Assembly: GCA_963767275.1 (NCBI GenBank)
Contig: CAVYDL010000007.1
Span: 190,420 to 254,419, forward strand
Source of the DNA: an uncultured delta proteobacterium
GTDB lineage: Bacteria; Desulfobacterota; Binatia; UBA9968
Direction of reading: 5' to 3'
Length of the DNA: 64,000 bases
Shown: one piece after another, positions 27,532-38,476 of the stretch
Layout: each line of letters begins with the position of its first letter
How positions within the stretch are numbered: position 1 is the stretch's first letter
Program-made: the position numbers and the translations under genes
Notes under the pieces: generated by a model
Databases searched by the model: none
What the model was told of the DNA's origin: nothing
The model's input: only the letters and a program-made list of their open reading frames with translations

Positions 27532-27605
27532 TTTTTTTCGCTGCAGTCAATACTTAACTTAGTTATTCTTGCGCCGGCTCGCGCCGGTCAATTTAGTTAG
27601 GCGTC

Positions 27606-29111
27606 ATGTCCGACAATCAAACCACTATCATCACAGAAGAAAACCAGCAGGTCGAAGTCCGCAAGCAAAAGCTCGCCAAGCTCCGAGATGGCGGCCAGAT
27701 CGTCTATCCCAATGATTTCAAGCCGTCTCATTCGGTGGCGCAGGTGTTCGCCGCGGCCGACGCTGCGAGCGACGAAGAGCTGCATGCCAACCCGATCCAT
27801 GTCGTCGTCGCCGGCCGGATCATGGCGCTTCGGCGCATGGGCAAAGCCTCGTTCTTTCACGTTCAGGACCGGCGCGGCCGGCTGCAAGTTTACGCGCGTA
27901 AGGATAAGCTCGGCGATGACGCCTACGGCTTGTTTCAGACCTTCGATATCGGCGATCTGGTCGGTGTCTCCGGCCATCTGTTTCGCACTAAGACCAAGGA
28001 GCTGACTATCGAGGCCGCCGGGTTACGGCTGCTTGCCAAGTGTCTACGGCCGCTGCCCGAGAAATGGCATGGCCTCGCCGACGTCGAGGCACGTTACCGT
28101 CAGCGTTACGTCGATCTTATGGTTAATCCCGAGGTCCGCGACGTGTTCGAAAAGCGCTCGCGCATCGTGCGCTTGATTCGGCGCTTTTTCGAAGACCGCG
28201 ACTTTCTCGAGGTCGAGACGCCGATGATGCAATCGATTCCCGGCGGCGCCGCGGCGAAACCGTTTACTACCCATCACAACGCCCTCGATTTGGAATTGCA
28301 TCTGCGGGTCGCGCCGGAACTTTTTCTCAAGCGCCTCTTGGTCGGCGGCTTCGAGCGAGTCTTCGAGCTTAACCGGAATTTTCGCAACGAAGGAATTTCG
28401 GTGCGCCATAATCCGGAATTCACCATGGTCGAGTTCTATCAAGCCTATGCGACTTTCGAGGATCTTATCCACTTGACCGAGGAGTTGTTTGCCGCCATCG
28501 CCGAGGACATCACCGGCAGCTTGCAGCTGCCGTACAACGGCGCCACCATCGACTTGACCCGGCCTTGGCAAAGGTTAACCATCCGTGAAGCGGTGCTGGT
28601 TCATGGCGGCGCCGAGGAGAAAGACGTGGCGAGCCTGGCGGGCCTGCAAGCTTTCGCCAAGCAGCGCGGCTTGAAGATCGATCTCGATGTGCCTTACGGC
28701 AAACTCTTGGTGGCGGTATTCGAAGAGGTCGCCGAAGCGAAATTAATTCAGCCGACGTTTTTGACCGGCTTTCCCATCGAAGTATCGCCGCTGGCGCGTA
28801 AGAACGACCAGAACCCGGCCTTGGTCGACCGTTTCGAGCTTTACATTGGCGGCCGGGAGCTGGCGAATGCATTTTCGGAACTCAACGATCCGGTTGATCA
28901 GCGCCAGCGCTTTCTCGAACAAATGAAGGCTCGCGCCGCCGGCGACGACGAAGCCAACCCCATAGATGATGATTACGTTCGCGCCCTTGAGTATGGTATG
29001 CCGCCGGCCGCCGGCGAAGGTATTGGCATCGATCGCTTGATAATGTTTTTGACCGACTCTCCGTCCATCCGGGATGTTATACTTTTTCCACTATTGCGCC
29101 CGCACCGTTAA
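27606..29111 (+). CDS. lysS: Lysine--tRNA ligase (class II)
   Basis: RYRQRYVDL, FRNEG..HNPEF, GIGIDRL. Confidence 0.98.
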   Translation: MSDNQTTIITEENQQVEVRKQKLAKLRDGGQIVYPNDFKPSHSVAQVFAAADAASDEELHANPIHVVVAGRIMALRRMGKASFFHVQDRRGRLQVYARKDKLGDDAYGLFQTFDIGDLVGVSGHLFRTKTKELTIEAAGLRLLAKCLRPLPEKWHGLADVEARYRQRYVDLMVNPEVRDVFEKRSRIVRLIRRFFEDRDFLEVETPMMQSIPGGAAAKPFTTHHNALDLELHLRVAPELFLKRLLVGGFERVFELNRNFRNEGISVRHNPEFTMVEFYQAYATFEDLIHLTEELFAAIAEDITGSLQLPYNGATIDLTRPWQRLTIREAVLVHGGAEEKDVASLAGLQAFAKQRGLKIDLDVPYGKLLVAVFEEVAEAKLIQPTFLTGFPIEVSPLARKNDQNPALVDRFELYIGGRELANAFSELNDPVDQRQRFLEQMKARAAGDDEANPIDDDYVRALEYGMPPAAGEGIGIDRLIMFLTDSPSIRDVILFPLLRPHR

Positions 29112-29131
29112 ACCTCACGTCAATTCATCTG

Positions 29132-30379
29132 ATGCGTTACGAACTTTTCATCGGCCTGCGTTACTTGCAGGCGCGCCGGCGCGAAACCTTTATCTCGCTA
29201 ATCACTCTGATCTCGATCTGCGGCGTTATGATCGGTGTGATGACCCTGAACGTTGTCATGTCGGTAATGACCGGTTTCGAGGAAACCCTGCGCGACCGCT
29301 TGCTCGGCATCAATGCGCATATCGCCCTGGTCCGTTCCGGGGAGCCGATGAGGGATTATGACAAATTAGCGCAGCAACTGAGTAAGGAACCGGGTGTCGT
29401 GGCGGCGTCACCGACGATCTACGGCCAGGTCATGCTGACCGCGGGGCCGCGCGTCACCGGCGTGGTGGTTCGCGGTATCGATCCCGACCGGGTCAATGGC
29501 GTGGTGAATGTTCAAAGTTTCATGCGCGAGGGCAACCTTGACGATCTCAAGCGCCAGCACCCGATCCAGGTCGATGAGCGTACCGTAAGTTTGCCGGGAA
29601 TTATTCTCGGCGAACGGCTCGCCAATCAGTTGGGGGTATTTCGCGGCAACGCGGTGCAGGTGGTGTCACCGTTGGGGAGCCCCACCGCCATCGGGGTGAT
29701 TCCCAAAGTCCGCCGGTTTGTCGTCAGCGGCATTCTCAAGAGCGGCATGAGCGAGATCGATTCGACGCTAATTTTTATGAGCTTGAACGATGCCCAGAAA
29801 TTTTTCGAATTGGGCGATAGCGTGACCAATATCGAGATGCGCGTTCAGGACGTCAGCCGCTCGCGGGAAATCGCCGACCGGATTCAGCGGCAGCTGGGGT
29901 TTCCCTATTTCGCCGAGGATTGGACGCGCTTGTGGCCCAACCTGTTTTCCGCGCTTAAATTGGAAAAAACGGTATACTTTCTGGTGTTGTTGCTCATGGT
30001 TTTGATCGGCGCGTTCAATATCGTCTCAACCCTGGTCATGGTGGTCATGGAAAAGCGCAAAGATATTGCCATCCTCCGTTCCATGGGTGCGACACAAAGG
30101 AGCATCCGTAAGATTTTTCTTCTGAAGGGTTGTTTGATCGGTGTGGTGGGAACGATTCTCGGCGTGGTCTTGGGTTTTTTGGTCTGTATCCTGATCTCCA
30201 AATATGAATTTCAATTGCCGGATGGCGTATTCCTGATTCAAACGGTGCCGGTGCGGATTTACTGGAGTAATTTTCTCCTGGTGGCTCTGGCGTCGTTTGT
30301 CGTTTGTCTGGTGGCCAGCCTTTATCCCTCACGCCAGGCGGCCAAGCTCGATCCGGTGGAAATCATTCGGTATGAGTGA
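29132..30379 (+). CDS. lolE: Lipoprotein-releasing ABC permease LolC/E
   Basis: [33 protein letters not shown]. Confidence 0.92.
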   Translation: MRYELFIGLRYLQARRRETFISLITLISICGVMIGVMTLNVVMSVMTGFEETLRDRLLGINAHIALVRSGEPMRDYDKLAQQLSKEPGVVAASPTIYGQVMLTAGPRVTGVVVRGIDPDRVNGVVNVQSFMREGNLDDLKRQHPIQVDERTVSLPGIILGERLANQLGVFRGNAVQVVSPLGSPTAIGVIPKVRRFVVSGILKSGMSEIDSTLIFMSLNDAQKFFELGDSVTNIEMRVQDVSRSREIADRIQRQLGFPYFAEDWTRLWPNLFSALKLEKTVYFLVLLLMVLIGAFNIVSTLVMVVMEKRKDIAILRSMGATQRSIRKIFLLKGCLIGVVGTILGVVLGFLVCILISKYEFQLPDGVFLIQTVPVRIYWSNFLLVALASFVVCLVASLYPSRQAAKLDPVEIIRYE

Positions 30380-31049
30380 ACTGCTCGCGGTGCGCGATTT
30401 GCGCAAGTCGTTTATCGAGGGGGCCACCGAGATTCATGTCTTGCGCGGTGTCAACTTCGATTTGGCCGAAGGCGAGCGCGTCGCAGTGGTCGGACAGTCC
30501 GGGGTCGGTAAGAGTACGCTGTTGCACATCCTCGGCACTCTCGACCGGCCGACTTCAGGGCAGATTCTTTTCCGTGGCAAAGAGCTGCCAGTGAGCGATG
30601 AGACTGCGCTGTGCCAGTTTCGCAATCGCCAGATCGGTTTTGTTTTTCAATTTCACTATTTGTTGCCCGATTTCTCGGCCATCGAAAACGTCATGTTTCC
30701 GGCTCTGATTCAAGGCATGGATGCTCAACAGGCGCGCAGCGAAGCCGAACGTTTGCTCGAAAGTGTCGGTCTCAAAGACCGCATAAGTCACCGGCCGGGA
30801 AAACTTTCCGGCGGTGAGCAGCAACGGGTCGCGGTCGCCAGGGCGGTGATTCTGCAGCCAAGTTTGGTGCTCGCCGACGAACCCACCGGGTCTTTGGACT
30901 TACGCATTGGCGAAGAAGTCCACGAGCTGTTGTTTCAGCTCAATCAGGAAAAGAAAATCGCCCTGATCGTCGCCACTCATAACCGCGAGTTTGCCGATAA
31001 GATTGGCCGTCGGGTCGAGCTGCGCGAGGGTCGGTTGTTCGACGGTTAA
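30372..31049 (+). CDS. lolD: Lipoprotein-releasing ABC ATPase
   Basis: [23 protein letters not shown]; overlaps lolE. Confidence 0.93.
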   Translation: MSELLAVRDLRKSFIEGATEIHVLRGVNFDLAEGERVAVVGQSGVGKSTLLHILGTLDRPTSGQILFRGKELPVSDETALCQFRNRQIGFVFQFHYLLPDFSAIENVMFPALIQGMDAQQARSEAERLLESVGLKDRISHRPGKLSGGEQQRVAVARAVILQPSLVLADEPTGSLDLRIGEEVHELLFQLNQEKKIALIVATHNREFADKIGRRVELREGRLFDG

Positions 31050-31140
31050 TTTTAGGCCCCGAATCCTTTACAAAAATGGTTCGATTTGTTAATAAAATGG
31101 AATCCTTGGCAACGTTGGAGAGCGAAGCCACCAGCCATCC

Positions 31141-33540
31141 ATGAAGCCTACCAAACTACCCAATAGCCTTTTGGTCATCCTACTAGCGGTCGCCGGTATT
31201 ATTTTGAGCCTCACTGCCGGTTTTGCGCAAGAAGGGACGCGGCTCAAAGACGTGCGCATCGGTGGCAATGTCCGGGTAGAGGAAGATGGCATCCGTTTGC
31301 ACGTCAAGAGCCGGCCAGGGGATCAATTCAACGCCGCCGCGATCGAACAAGATGTTAAAGCAATTTTTCGCATGGGATTCTTCGACGATGTGCAGGCCGA
31401 GTTGTCGCCCGACAATATCCTGACCTATGCGGTTAAAGAAAAACCCTATATCCGGGAAATCCGCATCCAGGGCCATTCGCAGGTGTCGCGAGACAAAATC
31501 GATGCCGCCCTCGGGGTGGCGCCGAGAACTATATTGGACCGCACAAAAGTATCGGAAGGTGTCGAAAAAGTCCGTAAGCTCTATGCTGAGCAGGGCTATG
31601 TGAATGCCGCGGTAGACTTCGCGGTGACCGACGAAACCAACAATCAAGTCGCGGTGATGCTCGACATCACCGAAGGTAATCGCCTACTGATCAAGCGTAT
31701 TTCGTTTGAAGGTAATCGAGCATTCTCCGAAAGCGATCTCAAGGGCTTGCTGGGCACGAAAGAGGAGTGGATTTTTTCGTATTTCACCAACCGCGGCGTC
31801 CTCGATCGGGACATCTTAGCCAACGACGTAGCGATACTTTCGAATCATTTCAACGATAATGGCTACGTCGATAACAAGATTGACGAACCGGTCATCGTTA
31901 GAGCGCGTGACGGTCTCGAAGTGATTTTTCGTGTCAATGAAGGCGCGCAATATCGCGTCGGCAAAGTGGAGATCGGCGGGGAATTAATCGACGATGGCCA
32001 GAAAATGCTCAAGTCGATCAAGCTTACGACTGGACAAATCTTTCGCGGTAGTCGCCTGCGTGATGATATTACGTCTCTAAACGAGACCTATGCCAACAAG
32101 GGATTCGCGTTCGTTCATGTCGACCCGATTACTCGGGTCGACCCAGCGAAGAAAATCGTCGATGTCGCCCTGGTAATCGCCCAGGGACCGCCGGTATATT
32201 TTAACCGGGTGCTGGTCGCGGGGAACAGCAAGACGCGCGACAAAGTTGTGCGCCGGGAGTTGCTGGTCAATGAGCAGGAACTCTATTCCGGCATTAAGGT
32301 TACCCAGAGCCGCAATGCCCTGCAGCGCACCGGTTATTTTGAAGATGTCCAACTGAACACGAAAAAAACCGATCAGCCGGATGCACTCGATCTCGTCGTG
32401 GATGTGAAGGAAGGGCCGACGGGGACCTTCCAAGTCGGCGCGGGTTACAGCAGCGGCGATGGCTTTTTATTCAACGCTACCGTTTCGGAAAAGAACTTTA
32501 TGGGACGGGGCCAGTCGATGAGCGGGAATTTTAGTATCGGCTCGAGCCGGCAAGATTTCATCGTAAACGCCACCGACCCCTATTTTCTAGATTCTAAAGT
32601 ATCCCTGGGGCTGGACGCTTTTAATACGACTCGCGAGTATGACGATTTCGACGAAAAGAAATTGGGCTTCGGCGTCAACAGCAGCTATCCGCTCAAGGAT
32701 TTCTCATGGCCATTTTTTAAGTCAGCTAATGTCGGGACGTTAGGGTCCGACGCTAGCGTAAGCCCGCAATTTACCTTCTGGGATTTCATGCGCGGTGGGT
32801 TGTCTTATGCCTTCACCCGGGACAATATTACGCACGTATCGGCTACCGCTTCTGAATCCATTAAGGATGAACAGGGAGTTACTCTGACCAGCAGCGTGAC
32901 ACCTGGCCTAATTTACGATAGCCGTGATCATTTCTTTTCACCGACATCGGGCGCTAAAGTATCTTTATCTCAGACGATGGCGGGCCTGGGCGGGGACAGT
33001 CGTTTTCTGAAAACCGATTTGAGTGCCCGTTGGTACTACCAGTTATTTAAGGATCCGAGTTGGGGCGGCAGCTACGTATTAGGACTTGGCGGACAGCTCG
33101 GCTACGGCCTCGGCTTTGCCGGAAACACCGGCGGCCATGAATTGCCTTTGTTTGAGCGTTATTTCCTCGGCGGCATTAATTCGGTGCGTGGGTTCGAGGA
33201 TAGAAGTTTGGGGCCGCGTGAGCCTTCCGGTTGCACGATCGTGGGTGGCGTACAGAAGTGTACCGGTACCGAGGTTGTCGGCGGCGACAAAGCAGCGGTC
33301 TTCAACGCCGAGCTCGCCTTCCCCGTCATGGAGCAATATGGGTTGCGGGGTGTGGCGTTTTTTGATGCGGGCAATTCCTTCAACTCATTCGATTTTGGCG
33401 ACTTGCGGAGCTCTGTTGGTGTCGGTGCCCGTTGGATGTCTCCCTTCGGTCCTTTGCGCGTCGATCTCGGTTTTGCCATCATCAAAAAACCTGATGACGA
33501 GACTGCAGTGCTCGGCTTCTCCGTCGGCGCACAGCCGTAA
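31141..33540 (+). CDS. bamA: Outer membrane protein assembly factor
   Basis: POTRA repeats, GNSKTRDKVVRRE, SVRGF, WMSPFGPLR. Confidence 0.96.
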   Translation: MKPTKLPNSLLVILLAVAGIILSLTAGFAQEGTRLKDVRIGGNVRVEEDGIRLHVKSRPGDQFNAAAIEQDVKAIFRMGFFDDVQAELSPDNILTYAVKEKPYIREIRIQGHSQVSRDKIDAALGVAPRTILDRTKVSEGVEKVRKLYAEQGYVNAAVDFAVTDETNNQVAVMLDITEGNRLLIKRISFEGNRAFSESDLKGLLGTKEEWIFSYFTNRGVLDRDILANDVAILSNHFNDNGYVDNKIDEPVIVRARDGLEVIFRVNEGAQYRVGKVEIGGELIDDGQKMLKSIKLTTGQIFRGSRLRDDITSLNETYANKGFAFVHVDPITRVDPAKKIVDVALVIAQGPPVYFNRVLVAGNSKTRDKVVRRELLVNEQELYSGIKVTQSRNALQRTGYFEDVQLNTKKTDQPDALDLVVDVKEGPTGTFQVGAGYSSGDGFLFNATVSEKNFMGRGQSMSGNFSIGSSRQDFIVNATDPYFLDSKVSLGLDAFNTTREYDDFDEKKLGFGVNSSYPLKDFSWPFFKSANVGTLGSDASVSPQFTFWDFMRGGLSYAFTRDNITHVSATASESIKDEQGVTLTSSVTPGLIYDSRDHFFSPTSGAKVSLSQTMAGLGGDSRFLKTDLSARWYYQLFKDPSWGGSYVLGLGGQLGYGLGFAGNTGGHELPLFERYFLGGINSVRGFEDRSLGPREPSGCTIVGGVQKCTGTEVVGGDKAAVFNAELAFPVMEQYGLRGVAFFDAGNSFNSFDFGDLRSSVGVGARWMSPFGPLRVDLGFAIIKKPDDETAVLGFSVGAQP

Positions 33541-33583
33541 CCGTTTGCTTCTTTGCCCTCATAAAATTGACTGGAGGTTTTGA

Positions 33584-34093
33584 GTGAAATATTGGCTCGT
33601 GCTGATACTAGTAGCCCTATCTTGGGTGCCGGGGTGGGCGCAGGACCGGATGAAAATAGGCTATATCGACGTTCGACGGGTGGTCTCGGAGTCCGTTGCC
33701 GGAAAACGGGCCGGCGATCGTTTGCAGGTGCAGGTCAAAAAAGCCGAAGCGGATACGCTTAAAGAACGTCAGGAGCTTGAGCGTATCCGTAACGATCTCG
33801 ATAAGAAGGGGCCGTTGCTCAAAGAGGAGGAGCGGCGCAATCTCGAAAGCGATTTCCAGAAACGATCGGTCACGTTACAGCGCACCATGACCGATCTACA
33901 GCAGGAATTGCAGTTGAAAGAACGCGAGATGATGCAAGATATTCTCAAACAACTTGAAGGGGTGGTTACCGAGTTTGGCAAAGCCGAAAAGTTTACCCTG
34001 ATCCTCGATCGTTCGCAGATACTTTTCGCCGATCAAGCCGTCGATATCACCAGCAAAGTGATCGAGACATTCAATAGCCGGGCAAAAAAATAA
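33584..34093 (+). CDS. skp: OmpH/Skp periplasmic chaperone
   Basis: Signal peptide, KIGYID, coiled coil, DIT..VI; lies between bamA and lpxD. Confidence 0.92.
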   Translation: MKYWLVLILVALSWVPGWAQDRMKIGYIDVRRVVSESVAGKRAGDRLQVQVKKAEADTLKERQELERIRNDLDKKGPLLKEEERRNLESDFQKRSVTLQRTMTDLQQELQLKEREMMQDILKQLEGVVTEFGKAEKFTLILDRSQILFADQAVDITSKVIETFNSRAKK

Positions 34094-35140
34094 GTGTTCC
34101 TGGAGAGAACTTTAAACGCATTGGCGGGCGTCGTCGACGGGAAGGTGGTCGGCGATGGTGACGTGGCGATTCGCCGAGTGGCACCGATAGACGAAGCGAC
34201 GGCCGGTGAAATCACTTTTCTCACCAACCCCCGCTACGCTAAATACTTGGATCGCTGCCGCGCCAGCGCGGTGATCGTCGGCACCGATGGCGCCGCGGCG
34301 CTTGCCGGACGAGCCCAGGTGGCATTTCTCGAGGTCGCCGATCCCTACATCGCTTTCGCCAAAATTCTTCAGCTGTTTGCGCCGGCGCTCGCGCTGACGC
34401 AAACTTGTAGTCCGCAGTCGAGCATCGATCCATCGTCGGTCATCGCTGCCGGAGTGACGGTTTTCCCTCACGCGTTTGTCGGCCCCCACGCCAAAGTCGG
34501 AATCAATTCGGTGCTCTATCCGGGTGTTTATGTCGGTGCCAATGTCGAGATCGGCAAAGACTGCGTGCTTCATCCCAATGTGACGGTCAGAGACGGTTGC
34601 CAGATCGGCGACCGCGTGATACTTCACGCCGGGGTGGTTATCGGCAGCGACGGCTTTGGTTATGCCGGCCGGGGCGATAGCCGGATCAAGATCCCGCAAG
34701 TGGGCATCGTCGTGGTCGAAGACGATGTCGAGATTGGCGCTAACACCACCGTCGATCGTGCAACTTTAGGTCAGACCGTGATTCGGCGCGGAGCCAAGAT
34801 CGATAATCTCGTGCAAATCGCCCACAACGTAATTATCGGCGAACATTCGGTGGTGGCGGCGCAGGCCGGCATTGCCGGCAGCACCAAGGTCGGTAAGCAT
34901 GTTACCATCGCAGGCCAGGTGGGCATCGTCAATCATGTGGAAATCGGCGACGGTGCGATGATCGGTCCGCAGTCTGGCATTCCAAAGTCGGTGCCACCTG
35001 GTACGATCCTGTCCGGCGGTCTTGCCGCGGCACCGCACCATGAGTGGCTCAAGGTCATGACCCTATTGCCGCAACTGCCCAAGCTCTGGGCTTCGGTGCG
35101 GGTCATGGAGCGGCAAATTTCCCAACTGCTAAAAAGGTAG
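34094..35140 (+). CDS. lpxD: UDP-3-O-acyl-glucosamine N-acyltransferase
   Basis: Hexapeptide repeats, [18 protein letters not shown]. Confidence 0.96.
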   Translation: MFLERTLNALAGVVDGKVVGDGDVAIRRVAPIDEATAGEITFLTNPRYAKYLDRCRASAVIVGTDGAAALAGRAQVAFLEVADPYIAFAKILQLFAPALALTQTCSPQSSIDPSSVIAAGVTVFPHAFVGPHAKVGINSVLYPGVYVGANVEIGKDCVLHPNVTVRDGCQIGDRVILHAGVVIGSDGFGYAGRGDSRIKIPQVGIVVVEDDVEIGANTTVDRATLGQTVIRRGAKIDNLVQIAHNVIIGEHSVVAAQAGIAGSTKVGKHVTIAGQVGIVNHVEIGDGAMIGPQSGIPKSVPPGTILSGGLAAAPHHEWLKVMTLLPQLPKLWASVRVMERQISQLLKR

Positions 35141-35144
35141 GGGA

Positions 35145-35588
35145 ATGCTTACACTAGACGCTAAGGAAATCCTCAACTATCTGCCGCATCGATATCCGTT
35201 TCTCCTGGTCGACCGGATTCTCGAAATCGAGGGCGCGGAGCGCATCGTCGGTATCAAAAACGTTTCGTTCAACGAACCTTTTTTTCAGGGCCATTTCCCG
35301 GATAATCCGGTCATGCCGGGGGTATTGATTTGTGAAGCGATGGCCCAGGTCGGCGCGATCTTCGCTCATAACACCCGGGGCGGCATGGACGACAAGCGCA
35401 TTTTCATGCTGACCGGCCTCGATCAAGTGAAGTTCAAGCGGCCGGTGGTGCCAGGCGATCAGTTGCGGATCGAGTTGACCTGTCAAAAACGCCGTGGCGC
35501 CTACTGGAAAATGCAAGGCATGGCCAGCGTGGATGGGAAGCTGGCCGCTCAAGCGGTGATCTCGGCCATGGAAGTTGCAATGACTTAG
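35145..35588 (+). CDS. fabZ: 3-hydroxyacyl-ACP dehydratase
   Basis: [20 protein letters not shown]. Confidence 0.97.
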   Translation: MLTLDAKEILNYLPHRYPFLLVDRILEIEGAERIVGIKNVSFNEPFFQGHFPDNPVMPGVLICEAMAQVGAIFAHNTRGGMDDKRIFMLTGLDQVKFKRPVVPGDQLRIELTCQKRRGAYWKMQGMASVDGKLAAQAVISAMEVAMT

Positions 35589-35593
35589 GGCGG

Positions 35594-36379
35594 TTGGCGC
35601 AATTGGCTAAGATTCATCCCACCGCGGTCGTCGACCCCCACGCCGAACTGGCGAGCGATGTTGAGATCGGTCCCTATGTCGTGGTTGGCGCTCATGTCAA
35701 AATCGCCGCAGCAACCCGGATTCAATCCCACGCAGTGATCGACGGGCTGACGACGCTTGGACGGAATAATGTTATCTTCCCCTTCGCCACCGTCGGGACG
35801 ATTCCCCAGGATTTAAAATACCGAGGCGAACCGAGCGAGCTGATCATTGGCGACGACAATCAGATTCGCGAGTTCGCGTCGCTCAATCCCGGCACGGTCG
35901 GCGGCGGCATGATTACCCGGGTGGGGAATCATAACCTGCTCATGATGTACTGCCATATCGCCCATGATTGCATTGTCGGCAATCGTAATGTCATAGCCAA
36001 TGGCGCCACTCTCGGCGGCCATGTGACGATCGAGGATAATGTCATCGTTGGCGGTCTAGTGGGTATTCATCAGTTCGTGCGCATTGGCTCGGGAGCAATC
36101 CTCGGCGCCGGCTCGATGGTTTCCAAAGATGTGCCGCCATTTTGCAACGCCACCGGTGACCGCGCCAGATTGCACGGCCTCAATATCGAAGGGATGAAGC
36201 GGCGCGGTTTTGACAAAGCGAAAATCGACGCGATCCACAAAGCCTACCGCGTTGTGTTTCGCTCCAAACTCAAGATTCCCGCGGCCTTGGAAAAAATCCG
36301 CAGTGAGTCGCCTGCGCTACCGGAGATCGAGCAGTTTGCGGCTTTTATCGCCGCATCCGAACGCGGCGTGTGCCGTTAG
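35594..36379 (+). CDS. lpxA: UDP-GlcNAc acyltransferase
   Basis: IHPTAVV, PQDLKY, HIAHDC, HQF. Confidence 0.97.
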   Translation: MAQLAKIHPTAVVDPHAELASDVEIGPYVVVGAHVKIAAATRIQSHAVIDGLTTLGRNNVIFPFATVGTIPQDLKYRGEPSELIIGDDNQIREFASLNPGTVGGGMITRVGNHNLLMMYCHIAHDCIVGNRNVIANGATLGGHVTIEDNVIVGGLVGIHQFVRIGSGAILGAGSMVSKDVPPFCNATGDRARLHGLNIEGMKRRGFDKAKIDAIHKAYRVVFRSKLKIPAALEKIRSESPALPEIEQFAAFIAASERGVCR

Positions 36380-36671
36380 ATTGCTCACCCGCCAGGTGAT
36401 GGCGACCGGCGATCGAGGCGAAACCCTTCCAGAGCGAAGGCAGAGCAGCTCTGCGTTGATGAGGCAAGCGAGGTCATCTGCTGTGAAACCACCTGTGAAA
36501 GTCAAATCGCTTGCCAAGCGCCGGCCATGACGTGAAACTTTTGGCGCGGATGTTTTCGCTCGACTTTTCAGCTAGGGTTCCACCTCGTTAACCACTCTGT
36601 CGTTTCCGGCAGCATGCATAATTCAGACTGGCTTTGCCAACCGCGCCGCCGCCGCTGACTGATCCACAGCG

Positions 36672-37505
36672 ATGAACAATATCGGCAAGATAGGCAAGAT
36701 AGGCAAGATCGGATTGATCGCCGGCAACGGTAAATTCCCAATGATCTTTGCCGAGGAGGCTAAACGTCAGGGCTACTCGGTGGTGGCCGTGGCGCATCGC
36801 GAGGAGACCGATGCAGCGCTGGAAAAACACGTCGACGAATTTACCTGGATCTATGTCGGCCAGCTGGGCAAGATCATCAGGACGTTTCAAAAAGCCGGCG
36901 TGACCGAGGCGGTAATGGCCGGCGGTATTCGCAAGGTCAGGCTGCTTGGCAACTTTCGCCCGGATCTGCGCGGCGCGCGGTTTCTCACCAGGATTAAAAG
37001 CCGCGACGACGACGCGCTGCTGCGCGGTATCGCGGATGAACTGGCCAGCGACGGCATAACGATTGTCGATTCGACTTTCTGTTTGTCGAGCATCATTCCA
37101 CAAGAAGGGGTCCTGACCCGCCGCGCGCCCAATGCCGCGCAATGGCAAGACGTCGCCATGGGCCTGCGTTTGGCGAAGGAAATCGGCCGCTTGGGAATCG
37201 GCCAAATGGTAGTGGTCAAGAATCAGGTGATCGTTGCCGTGGAAGCTGTGGAGGGCACCGACGCGGCCATTCAACGGGGCGGCCGATTGGCCAAGTCCGG
37301 CTGTGTCGTGGTCAAGGTCAGTAAGCCGCAGCAGGATATGCGCTTCGACGTTCCCGCCGTCGGTGTCGAAACGATCAATGCGCTGAGTCAGGTCGGCGGC
37401 GCCGTGCTTGCCATCGAGGCGGGTAAGGCGATATTGATCGAAAAGGATGAACTGCTGCGTGTAGCAGACGCCGCCGGCATCGCCGTCGTCGCCGTCGCCG
37501 CTTAG
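36672..37505 (+). CDS. lpxI: UDP-2,3-diacylglucosamine diphosphatase LpxI (DUF1009)
   Basis: IGLIAGNG.FP, IGQ, AVEAVEGTD, KPQQDMRFDVP. Confidence 0.93.
   Translation: MNNIGKIGKIGKIGLIAGNGKFPMIFAEEAKRQGYSVVAVAHREETDAALEKHVDEFTWIYVGQLGKIIRTFQKAGVTEAVMAGGIRKVRLLGNFRPDLRGARFLTRIKSRDDDALLRGIADELASDGITIVDSTFCLSSIIPQEGVLTRRAPNAAQWQDVAMGLRLAKEIGRLGIGQMVVVKNQVIVAVEAVEGTDAAIQRGGRLAKSGCVVVKVSKPQQDMRFDVPAVGVETINALSQVGGAVLAIEAGKAILIEKDELLRVADAAGIAVVAVAA
36681..36713 (+). repeat. In-frame 9-bp tandem repeat (IGK x3) at the lpxI 5' end
   Basis: atcggcaag ataggcaag ataggcaag atcgga. Confidence 0.85.
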
Positions 37506-37516
37506 TAACGCTGAAT

Positions 37517-38476
37517 ATGTCGTCGGAAATTTTACCGGTAGCAGTGGTCGGTGTCGGATATCTCGGCAAGTTCCACGCCGAAAAGTACGCGTCGTCGGAA
37601 AAGGCTAACCTCATCGGCGTGGTCGACGTCGACGGCGACCGCGCCCGGGAGATCGGTCAATTGGTCGGCGCACCGGCCTATAGCGACTATCATGAGCTGT
37701 TTGGCCGGATACGCTGCGCCAGTATCGCCGTGCCGACGCGCTATCATCACCAAGTCGCCCGCGATTTTCTCGACGCCGGCATCGATGTTCTAGTTGAAAA
37801 ACCTTTGACCGCCGATTTGACCGAGGCTAACGAGCTAGTCGCGCTGGCGGCGGCCAAGGGCGCGTTATTGCAAGTCGGCCATCTGGAACGGTTCAATCCG
37901 GCGATTCGCCGACTCGAAGGCATCATCAAGGATCCAAAGTTCGTCGAATGCCACCGCTTGGCGCCGTTTATCGAGCGCGGCACGGATGTCGATGTGGTCT
38001 TGGATCTGATGATCCACGATATCGACGTGATCACCAGCTTGGTGCGCTCGCCGATCCTGCGGGTCGAGTCGGTGGGCGTGCCGGTGTTGACCGAAATGCC
38101 TGACATTGCCAATGCGCGTATTACCTTCGAGAACGGTTGCATCGCCAATGTCACCGCCAGCCGGGTGTCGATTAAGCGCGAACGCAAGGTGCGTTTTTTC
38201 CAACCGGACGCCTATATATCCATCGATTACGATCAACGGCGCGCGCAGATTTATTATAAGCCCAAGCCGGGCGCTGGTTGGCTCGATATCCGCGCTGAGA
38301 ATATCGAGATCAAAGATGGCGATGCTCTGGCCGATGAGATCGATTCATTCCTCGATTGCGTGCGCACGCGAACGCCGCCCTTGGTCGGTGGCACGGAAGG
38401 CTTACGGGCATTGGAAATCGCCTGGACGATCAGCGCTCAGCTGGCCAATCTTTCGAATCAACCTGCGCGTGGCTAA
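37517..38476 (+). CDS. Gfo/Idh/MocA oxidoreductase, GnnA-like UDP-GlcNAc 3-dehydrogenase
   Basis: GVGYLG, VEKP, GHLERFNP, DLMIHDID; lies between lpxI and lpxB. Confidence 0.85.
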   Translation: MSSEILPVAVVGVGYLGKFHAEKYASSEKANLIGVVDVDGDRAREIGQLVGAPAYSDYHELFGRIRCASIAVPTRYHHQVARDFLDAGIDVLVEKPLTADLTEANELVALAAAKGALLQVGHLERFNPAIRRLEGIIKDPKFVECHRLAPFIERGTDVDVVLDLMIHDIDVITSLVRSPILRVESVGVPVLTEMPDIANARITFENGCIANVTASRVSIKRERKVRFFQPDAYISIDYDQRRAQIYYKPKPGAGWLDIRAENIEIKDGDALADEIDSFLDCVRTRTPPLVGGTEGLRALEIAWTISAQLANLSNQPARG

